This document shows, piece after piece, positions 37,664 to 44,276 of a stretch of DNA of 64,000 nucleotides (the first letter of the stretch is position 1; each line of letters starts with the position of its first letter). Source of the stretch: Rikenellaceae bacterium (GTDB taxonomy: Bacteria > Bacteroidota > Bacteroidia > Bacteroidales > Rikenellaceae). The position numbers and the translations under genes are program-made. The notes beneath the pieces were generated by a model that saw only the letters and a list, made by a program, of their open reading frames with translations, did not search any database and was not told the DNA's origin. Location of the stretch: positions 3,064 to 67,063 of the forward strand of contig JAISHQ010000091.1 in the NCBI GenBank assembly GCA_031262465.1. The letters are read 5' to 3'.

Positions 37664-39406
37664 TTAGAAGCCGAAGTCGATCGGGGCGGCTTCTGTCGCC
37701 GGGAGGGTGTCGGTCAGCGTGGAGGCCGTGGAGGCGGCTTCCGAGTCTTCGGCGGCGGAGGTTTCGTCACCGAATACGTTGTCGTAGAGGGAGTTCAAAT
37801 CGACCTCTCCGCCACCGGTCGGTGCATCCATCAGGGCCGCGTCGATGCTCCGTTGCACAGGCAACCCTTCGACAAAGATCGCCTTCGGGCGTACCGGGCA
37901 GATCGACTCGCAAGCCCCGCAACCCACGCAAATCGCCGGGTCGATGGCCGGAATCGTCAGCCCGTTGTGGTAAGGCACCATGTGCACGGCCAGCGTGGGG
38001 CAGTGTTCGGCACAAGCACCGCAGTCCTGATCGAACTTCTTGACCACACACTCGTTTTCCACAAAATGCACCTCGCCGATTTGGCGCAGGCGTTTCTCCT
38101 CCCGATCAAGGGGTAGGATTGCGCCGTTGGGGCAGAGCGACGAACAGCGTGTACACCCATAGTTGCAATAGGCGTGCGGATGAAAATAGAGCAGGGGTTG
38201 CATCATTGAGAGCACGCCGTGTTCCATAAAGGCCGGGCGCAACACCTGCATCGGGCATTGGCTCACACAGAGTTGACACCCCGTGCATTTCTCGTGGAAA
38301 TCGGGAGCGGCTCCCGGCGGAAGCGGGTAACGGCTCCGGGTTTCATACTTAGGCTCTTTGGATTTCCCTGCCGCCGCATAAGAGAGGAACGGCAACGTCG
38401 CCAGCGTCAGCGCAGAACCCTGCACAAACCGCCTGCGGGAGAGCTGAAAGGTGTTGAGTGTCTCGTTTCCGGCTTGCGATTGGCTTTTCACGTCGGTCGT
38501 CTTTTTCGCGCTCGCGACAGGTTTCGGCTCGGTTTTGTATTTTACCTTACACCAACCGTTTGGGCGGTAGTGAATTGCGTCTTGTTTGCACTTATCCAAA
38601 CAGTTGTAACAGGCCACACAGCGGCTCGCGTCGACCTTGAACTGCGTGTCGTCGATGCACCGCGATTTACAGTTGGAAGTGCAGTTTTTACAGTGGTTAC
38701 ACCGGTTCGCGTCGATCGAGACCTGAAAAAGCGAGAAGCGGGAGAGCAACCCCAAAAAAGTGCCGACCGGGCAGATCGTGTTGCACCAAATACGCTCCTT
38801 GCGCCAAACCAACACGACCAACAGCACCAACAGGGCGATGCCGAAAATGGCCAAAAAGGCGTTCAGGTTGAGGATTTCATAGTGATAGACCGAATAGTTC
38901 CCGAAGCGGGTCAACAGCGACGACAGGGCATTGTTGATCCCGATCACAACCGGTTTGAAGGCCGCCACGGCGATCCGTCCGAAGTTGGAATAGGGGTCGA
39001 GCCAAAGGATGAGAGCCGTCCAGCCGCTCACCACGCCCACCGCGCCCACGCCCAAGAGGGTGTAACGGACGATGTTGTGGGGCCGTTCGTATTTCGTGCG
39101 GAGCTTTTTCTTCTCTTTCCTTGCGCGATAAAACCACTTCTTGACCCGCAAAATAACGTCCTGCAAAATGCCCAAGGGGCAGATTACCGAGCAATAAATT
39201 CGCCCGAAGAGCAGGCTGGCCAAGAGCCACAACAAAACGATCCCGATCAGCCCGTTCAGGATGGCCGGGACCAACTGGATATTGGTCAGCCAGCGAAACG
39301 AGACGGGGAGGGTGTGGGTGAAATCGAGGAAGAAAAGCAAAAGCAACCCGCCGAACACTACGGCGAGCGTCCGGCGGATGTATTTTAAAAAGGTAGCTGT
39401 TTTCAT
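37664..39406 (-). CDS. Membrane polyferredoxin: NapH/MauN-like N-terminal domain fused to a NapG/MauM-like multi-[4Fe-4S] domain
   Basis: 580 aa. The TM region carries CSVICPLG and CNTICPVG (NapH-type). Six ferredoxin-type Cys clusters: CNHCKNCTSNC, CVACYNCLDKC, CTGCQLCVSQCP, CTRCSSLCP, CGACAEHCP, CVGCGACESICP. An internal twin-arginine-like SRRRFVQGSALTLATLPFLSYAAAG is also present. Confidence 0.8.
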   Translation of the reverse strand: MKTATFLKYIRRTLAVVFGGLLLLFFLDFTHTLPVSFRWLTNIQLVPAILNGLIGIVLLWLLASLLFGRIYCSVICPLGILQDVILRVKKWFYRARKEKKKLRTKYERPHNIVRYTLLGVGAVGVVSGWTALILWLDPYSNFGRIAVAAFKPVVIGINNALSSLLTRFGNYSVYHYEILNLNAFLAIFGIALLVLLVVLVWRKERIWCNTICPVGTFLGLLSRFSLFQVSIDANRCNHCKNCTSNCKSRCIDDTQFKVDASRCVACYNCLDKCKQDAIHYRPNGWCKVKYKTEPKPVASAKKTTDVKSQSQAGNETLNTFQLSRRRFVQGSALTLATLPFLSYAAAGKSKEPKYETRSRYPLPPGAAPDFHEKCTGCQLCVSQCPMQVLRPAFMEHGVLSMMQPLLYFHPHAYCNYGCTRCSSLCPNGAILPLDREEKRLRQIGEVHFVENECVVKKFDQDCGACAEHCPTLAVHMVPYHNGLTIPAIDPAICVGCGACESICPVRPKAIFVEGLPVQRSIDAALMDAPTGGGEVDLNSLYDNVFGDETSAAEDSEAASTASTLTDTLPATEAAPIDFGF

Positions 39407-39423
39407 GTCGCTTATACAGATTT

Positions 39424-40356
39424 TTACATCCGGATACGCTTCACATTCATCGCGTCGATGTCGGTGGTGCCCAATTTCAGCTCTTGGCCTTTACCGATGT
39501 GGCTCACTTCGTCTTCGGTCACGTTGCGCACCTGGGCAAAGAATTTCAGCGAAGCGCTGTCGGCGGCCACGATGTCCGGGGAGACGATCAGCGTTTTCAG
39601 CGTCACCGTGTCGGCGGCTGTGCGTCCCTGCGGGCCGTTGTCCTTGATGACCCGGTAAGCGTCGACGATGTTGAGCGCGGGCTGTTTGGCCAGCGTACAG
39701 GCATCGGCGATGCACTGTTGCAGGTCGTTCGAGTGGAACGCACCGCGATCCCAAACGATCCCCATCAGGTTTTTCATCGAGGCGGTCATCTTGGCACCGC
39801 CGTGGTGTTTGAGCACCGGCATATTGAACCACACGTCGCAGTTGGCGATCGCCTGATGAAGTTTGATCTTCTTCAGTCTCACCCCGTTGGGCAGGTTGTA
39901 GTCGACGTAATAATTTTCGGTGTTGGCGGGCAACATTTTGCCTCCGGCATCTTCGACCGCTTTTTTGATGCCGCTGTTGGCATAGGTTCTGATCCAGTCG
40001 TCGCAGGTGTGGTCAAAGACCTGCACCTCGCTCGCACCGGCATCCAAACACATTTTGACCATCGTGGCCATCAACAACGGGTTGGTGTTGGCTCCGCGAT
40101 CCGCCGGGCGATCCCAGCCGATGTTGGGTTTCAGCACCACGCGGTTGCCTCGCTTGACAAAGCGTTCGATCCCGCCCAGCTCGGCCATGGCACGGCGCAA
40201 CATCGCGTCCGGCTCTCCGCCCATGACGGCGACCAGATCGTCGGCCTTCGATACGCCGGTCTGCCCCTGCGCCAGCAGGCTCTTCAGCGGAGAAAAGTCG
40301 ATCAGCGTCGCCGCTCCGGTGACTGCGAGGGTCTTTAAAAATTTTCTTCTGTCCAT
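39424..40356 (-). CDS. DUF362-domain protein with a twin-arginine (Tat) signal peptide
   Basis: 310 aa. MDRRKFLKTLAVTGAATL is a Tat signal. The body (VVLKPNIGW..., VLKHHGGAKMTASMKNLMG) matches my recollection of DUF362. It ends 17 nt upstream of the polyferredoxin gene. Confidence 0.7.
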   Translation of the reverse strand: MDRRKFLKTLAVTGAATLIDFSPLKSLLAQGQTGVSKADDLVAVMGGEPDAMLRRAMAELGGIERFVKRGNRVVLKPNIGWDRPADRGANTNPLLMATMVKMCLDAGASEVQVFDHTCDDWIRTYANSGIKKAVEDAGGKMLPANTENYYVDYNLPNGVRLKKIKLHQAIANCDVWFNMPVLKHHGGAKMTASMKNLMGIVWDRGAFHSNDLQQCIADACTLAKQPALNIVDAYRVIKDNGPQGRTAADTVTLKTLIVSPDIVAADSASLKFFAQVRNVTEDEVSHIGKGQELKLGTTDIDAMNVKRIRM

Positions 40357-40508
40357 ATTGTTGTTGTTGTTTTTATTATTTAGCGGGGGGCTTCCAAAAA
40401 TTCAAAAGACAAGGCTTGCGACCGAAGAAAAAGCGCAGTGTACTAAAGGTACTCGAGCATTTTTCAGAGGGAGCGTAACGCAGTATTTTGGATTTTTCGA
40501 AGTCCCCT

Positions 40509-40904
40509 TTACAAAATCCAGGGGAATTTAAAACACATCTCGTTAAAGAGCGAATAATCGGCCGCGCCGTTGACCGCAAAGGTCTTGACATCAGCCGCTT
40601 GCTCTTCCAACAGTGCTTTGGCATAACGGAGCGTTGCTCCCGTTTTGACCCGGTCTTCGACCAGCAGGATGCGTTTGCCCGCATAGTCAAAGCCGATGGG
40701 TTGCACCAGCCGGGGGCTTTCGTACATCGGTCGCTGATCGGGGTCGCGCAGGCTGAGTTTAATCAACTCAAAGGGCAATCCCAACCGCTGGTTGAGCAGA
40801 GCCGCCGGAATAATACCCCCGTTGGCAATGGCGACCACCAAGTCGAACTCCCGATCGAAAACAAATTCCCGTATCCGCGCCTGAACCTCTTCGAACGAGT
40901 GCAT
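40509..40904 (-). CDS. Small type-I phosphoribosyltransferase (Gpt/xanthine-guanine PRTase-like)
   Basis: Start at MHSFEEV (ATG 40904), 4 nt after the upstream stop. PRPP-binding loop ILLVEDRVKTGATL. About 131 aa, organised like Gpt-type PRTases. Confidence 0.75.
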   Translation of the reverse strand: MHSFEEVQARIREFVFDREFDLVVAIANGGIIPAALLNQRLGLPFELIKLSLRDPDQRPMYESPRLVQPIGFDYAGKRILLVEDRVKTGATLRYAKALLEEQAADVKTFAVNGAADYSLFNEMCFKFPWIL

Positions 40905-40908
40905 CGGC

Positions 40909-41418
40909 TTATTTCCGATTCGGCAATTGAAGCAGGACAAGAATCGCAATCACCTGAATCGCCATGGCCGGCCAGCTGAGCAGAGCGGCACTCCACGCGG
41001 TGGCGAGCGTTCCGGTCGTTGCGGCCACGAGGGCGATGCCCACGATTTGATAAGCGGCGATCCCAGCCACACCGGCGGTCAAGGTCAGTTTGCCCGTTTT
41101 CTGAACGGCCAAGCCGATCACCAGAGCCAAAGCGACCGATTTTGCGACGGTCAGTGCCAACATCCCGGCATCCGGCATCCCGAACATCAGGTGGTTGACC
41201 AGCGGCGAAGCCACAGCGGTCACCAATCCGCAGACCACCCCATAGCGGGCGGCGGCGATCAGCGTAAAGAAAAGGATCGGCAAAAAGGCCTGTCCACCCA
41301 AGCCCACGGTGTGGCAAAGTTGGGGCAGGGCGATATTCCCGGCCACGAACAGAGCGGCCCAAAGGTAGGTTTTGTGCGAGGTCAGCGACAAAGGAAGTGC
41401 TTGCGTTTGTGTTCTCAT
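40909..41418 (-). CDS. ECF-transporter S-component-like membrane protein
   Basis: Start set at MRTQTQALPLSL (ATG 41418; the ORF extends to 41472). About 169 aa with 5-6 TM helices, Gly/Ala-rich (…LPILFFTLIAAARYGVVCGLVTAVASPLVNHLMFGMP…). Family assignment is by general resemblance only. Confidence 0.5.
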   Translation of the reverse strand: MRTQTQALPLSLTSHKTYLWAALFVAGNIALPQLCHTVGLGGQAFLPILFFTLIAAARYGVVCGLVTAVASPLVNHLMFGMPDAGMLALTVAKSVALALVIGLAVQKTGKLTLTAGVAGIAAYQIVGIALVAATTGTLATAWSAALLSWPAMAIQVIAILVLLQLPNRK

Positions 41419-41567
41419 CGTTGATATAATTTTTAGGTTTTGTAAATACTTATCCGTCATTAGGTTTTCCACCCGATACTACAAAAATAGGTTTTTTTAG
41501 CCAAATACCAACATTTTTTAAAAAGTCTGCCCATTTTTACGGTATCTACCTCGATCTATAAAATAGC

Positions 41568-41602
41568 AGAGCCGCTTCCCACCAACAACGGGAAACGGCT
41601 CT
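41568..41602 (-). terminator. Intrinsic terminator after the riboswitch-controlled lipoprotein gene
   Basis: The minus strand reads AGAGCCGTTTCCC-GTTGTTGGT-GGGAAGCGGCTCT followed by GCTATTTTAT. The 13-bp stem has one mismatch and starts 36 nt after the stop at 41638. Confidence 0.5.
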
Positions 41603-41637
41603 AAGACGTGATGACACGCCTTTCTAACCCCAGTATT

Positions 41638-42669
41638 TTATTTCTTGATTACCAAATCGTCAAAGCAAAAATAGGTCGGTGTGTTGACCCCGTAAAGGCC
41701 GGTATCCGAGCTTTCAAAGGAAAATTCGAGGCGGTTGACCTTCCCGAGCGAGGAGAGATTGACCTGCTTCCACCCCTCGACAACTCCCGGAGCGGTAGCA
41801 CTCCGGAAGTCGGCCAAGTAATAGTCGACTGTGCCCGTGGCGGTTCCGGCCGCATTGTAGCCGGTAATCACGAGCTTGAGCCAATCGGCATCTTCATAGG
41901 TAAATTGTTTGGCAAAAGCGTCGCCCTCGATCATCGAAAGGGCGGGATAGGTGGCGTTGGAGACCTGGAAACTTTCGATCAGTTCCTCCGTCTGCCCGCC
42001 GAAAGCGATCCGCGCATAGTCGCCGCCATAGTCGTTCAACATCCCGGTGGCCACGGCAAAGGTGAGCGACCCTCCGGCTCCGCCCTCGGCATAGACACTG
42101 CATTGGTTGCCGGTTCCGGTGGTCGACCGGTCGTTCCAGCGGGAGACGGCCACCCCGCCGTTCCAGAAATCGCGACTGCCAAAGGCTTCGTTGATCTCCC
42201 ACCCCAGCCCGGTGCGGGTGTCGCTGTAACCGGTATAGGGCGTGCCCTCAGTGTATGTGGAATAGAGATTTTCGCCATAAGCCGTGGGGCCTGCGAGGTA
42301 TTCGGCGGGCACCTCTTCGAAGGTCAGTGTGGCGAGGGTCGACAGAGAAGCCGTCCGGTCGTAAAGGATCGCCGTTCCCTGAAGGGCGGTCACGTTCAGA
42401 TCGCCGGTAAATTGAGCCGACAGATTGGCCTCGGGAGCGGTAATTTGCAGTTGGTTGTTTTCGGCTTTGGCCGCCCAACCTTCGGGGAAGGTGATGGCAA
42501 CGGTGTAGTCGCCACTCGCCGTGTAGTCGAAAGAGCGGGTTTCGCCCGCCTCGAAAGTGAGTTCTGCGGGGAGTTCAAGCTGAAATTCCGCCGGGGGAAC
42601 CAATTCGTCTTTTTTACACCCGGTCAACAGCGCGACCGAAAGCATAAACAGGATACATAATTTTTTCAT
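41638..42669 (-). CDS. Surface/periplasmic lipoprotein, DUF4465-like (candidate corrinoid-binding protein)
   Basis: Start at MKKLCILFMLSVALLTGCKKDE (ATG 42669; lipobox LLTGC). 343 aa. The C-terminal pattern ...VDYYLADFR...GWKQVNLSSLGKVNRLEFSFESSD...PTYFCFDDLV matches my recollection of DUF4465. It sits directly downstream of a cobalamin riboswitch. Confidence 0.7.
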   Translation of the reverse strand: MKKLCILFMLSVALLTGCKKDELVPPAEFQLELPAELTFEAGETRSFDYTASGDYTVAITFPEGWAAKAENNQLQITAPEANLSAQFTGDLNVTALQGTAILYDRTASLSTLATLTFEEVPAEYLAGPTAYGENLYSTYTEGTPYTGYSDTRTGLGWEINEAFGSRDFWNGGVAVSRWNDRSTTGTGNQCSVYAEGGAGGSLTFAVATGMLNDYGGDYARIAFGGQTEELIESFQVSNATYPALSMIEGDAFAKQFTYEDADWLKLVITGYNAAGTATGTVDYYLADFRSATAPGVVEGWKQVNLSSLGKVNRLEFSFESSDTGLYGVNTPTYFCFDDLVIKK

Positions 42670-42786
42670 CGTCAGATTAAATTTAGGTAAATAAAACATT
42701 CGCAATCTTCCCGTTGGCAATCACCTCGCAAACATTAGAGAAGAAAAACACCCAAACGACGACTGATTTTGATGGCTGAAATGGTG

Positions 42787-43020
42787 AAAAAGTCAGTGCC
42801 TTGCCGGTGTGCTCCTATTCTCCGCAGGAGGTAACGCTTATGCAAAGGCAGGTCTTCTGACTTGTTCCGGTTGGCGGCGCCTTCCCAGCTCCGAAGAGCC
42901 AGTGGCAAAGAGTGCCGAAACCTTGAGTGGAACTTACAGCAGCGGGAACTGTTGCCGACTTTCACGGCATTCCCATTTCATTCCTCCTCACGCACCCCAC
43001 CGGGCGGTGAATCGGAAACC
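42787..43020 (-). promoter_or_regulatory. Cobalamin (AdoCbl) riboswitch with a terminator-type expression platform
   Basis: The minus strand reads GGGAATGCCGTGAAAGTCGGCAACAGTTCCCGCTGCTGTAAG ... GCCACTGGCTCTTCGGAGCTGGGAAGGCG ... B12 box AAGTCAGAAGACCTGCC (reverse complement of 42847..42863). These are all hallmark conserved blocks of the cobalamin riboswitch (Rfam RF00174). Downstream, GGCAAGGCACTGACTTTTT can pair back onto the B12-box segment (AGTCAG/CTGACT, CCTGCC/GGCAAGG) and ends in T5. Confidence 0.8.
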
Positions 43021-43030
43021 GTTGCAGGGG

Positions 43031-43061
43031 CAAATGTACTTCTTTTTTTTATCTTTGCGAA
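43031..43061 (-). promoter_or_regulatory. Bacteroidetes-type promoter for the riboswitch leader
   Basis: The minus strand reads TTCG-19 nt-TACATTTG. The -7 box matches the Bacteroides TAnnTTTG consensus exactly (reverse complement of 43031..43038). The -33-like TTCG sits at the canonical spacing, about 10 nt upstream of the aptamer. Confidence 0.45.
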
Positions 43062-43077
43062 AATCTGTTTAAAAAGG

Positions 43078-44178
43078 ATGAGAATAACAATGTTTGTCAT
43101 GTTGGCCGTTGTCTTGGGAGCCAATGGTTATGTGCTTGGCCGGGTGTGGCAGATGATCCCCTCGGGCTACTTCTTGCGTCCGCTCTGGGCGGGGTTTGTG
43201 GTCGTGGCTTTGGCCGCGTTTTTCCTCGGGATGAGGTTCTCGGGCGAATTGCCTTCGGGCATCGCCTTGGTGCTCAACCGGGTGGGTACTTCGTGGGTTG
43301 TAATCCTGCTTTACCTGTTGATCGCCTTGCTCTTGGCCGATCTGTTGAGGCTAACCGGGCTGGTGCCTCCGCTCAAACAATATATGTCCGGAAGCTGGGT
43401 CGGAGTGGGCGTGCTATTCGGGGCGATGATCCTTATTTTTACCGCCGGGTACCTGACCTATCAACACAAAAAGCGGGTCGAACTGACCCTCGAAATCCCC
43501 GGAAACACGTTCGGCGCACCGCTGAAAATCGTCGCCGCCAGCGACCTCCATTTGGGCAATAACATCGGTCGGAAGGAGTTCGCCCGCTGGGTCGATCAAA
43601 TCAATGCCGAGGAGCCGGATGTAATTCTTTTTGTCGGCGACCTGATCGACAACTCCGTCCAACCGCTCTGGGAACAGGATATGGCCGAGGAGTTTCACCG
43701 GCTCAGGGCTAAATATGGGGTCTTCGCCGTGCCGGGCAACCACGAGTACATTTCCGGCCTGCCGGCCTCGCTCTCCTTCTTACAGGCCGCCGGGGTGACT
43801 GTCCTGCGCGATTCGGTCGTGACGATCGCCGACCGCCTCTCGATCGCCGGGCGCGACGACCGAAGCAACCGCCGCCGCAAGCCGATTGCCGCCTTGTTGG
43901 AGAGCCTCGACCGCGACAAGCCGGTTGTTCTGCTCGATCACCAGCCTTATCACTTGGAGGAGGCGCAGGCCAATGGGGTCACCCTGCAACTCTCGGGGCA
44001 TACCCATCGCGGGCAGATTTGGCCGATCTCCTGGATCACCGACCGGATGTACGAACTCTCTTATGGATACGCTCGAAAAGGCGACACCCATTTTTACGTC
44101 AGTTCGGGGCTGGGGCTTTGGGGCGGCAAATTCCGGATCGGCACCCGATCGGAGTATGTCGTTGTCTTTCTAATGTGA
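43078..44178 (+). CDS. Membrane-anchored metallophosphoesterase (calcineurin-like)
   Basis: Start at MRITMFVMLAVVLG (ATG 43078). The longer ORF from 42862 would read through the riboswitch on the opposite strand. There are several N-terminal TM helices, then the motifs SDLHLG, VGDLIDN, GNHEY and GHTHRGQ. Confidence 0.8.
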   Translation: MRITMFVMLAVVLGANGYVLGRVWQMIPSGYFLRPLWAGFVVVALAAFFLGMRFSGELPSGIALVLNRVGTSWVVILLYLLIALLLADLLRLTGLVPPLKQYMSGSWVGVGVLFGAMILIFTAGYLTYQHKKRVELTLEIPGNTFGAPLKIVAASDLHLGNNIGRKEFARWVDQINAEEPDVILFVGDLIDNSVQPLWEQDMAEEFHRLRAKYGVFAVPGNHEYISGLPASLSFLQAAGVTVLRDSVVTIADRLSIAGRDDRSNRRRKPIAALLESLDRDKPVVLLDHQPYHLEEAQANGVTLQLSGHTHRGQIWPISWITDRMYELSYGYARKGDTHFYVSSGLGLWGGKFRIGTRSEYVVVFLM

Positions 44179-44207
44179 TTTTTATCTGTTTTTCGCGAAA
44201 ATAACTC

Positions 44208-44215
44208 TATCTTTG
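44208..44215 (+). promoter_or_regulatory. Candidate -7 promoter box for the GH67-GH8-GH8-GH3 cluster
   Basis: TATCTTTG matches TAnnTTTG exactly, 62 nt upstream of the GH67 start. The -33 region (TCTGTTTTTCG) only loosely resembles TTTG. Confidence 0.35.
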
Positions 44216-44276
44216 AACCAAATGCACTCACAAAGGGAGTTCTTAGGAGTTCCCATTAACCCAAACTTTTAATCCC

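Noticed and set aside
42862-43077. A 72-codon N-terminal extension of the metallophosphoesterase ORF.
   Set aside because: It reads through the cobalamin riboswitch and its promoter on the opposite strand. The hydrophobic true N-terminus MRITMFVMLAVVLG starts at 43078.
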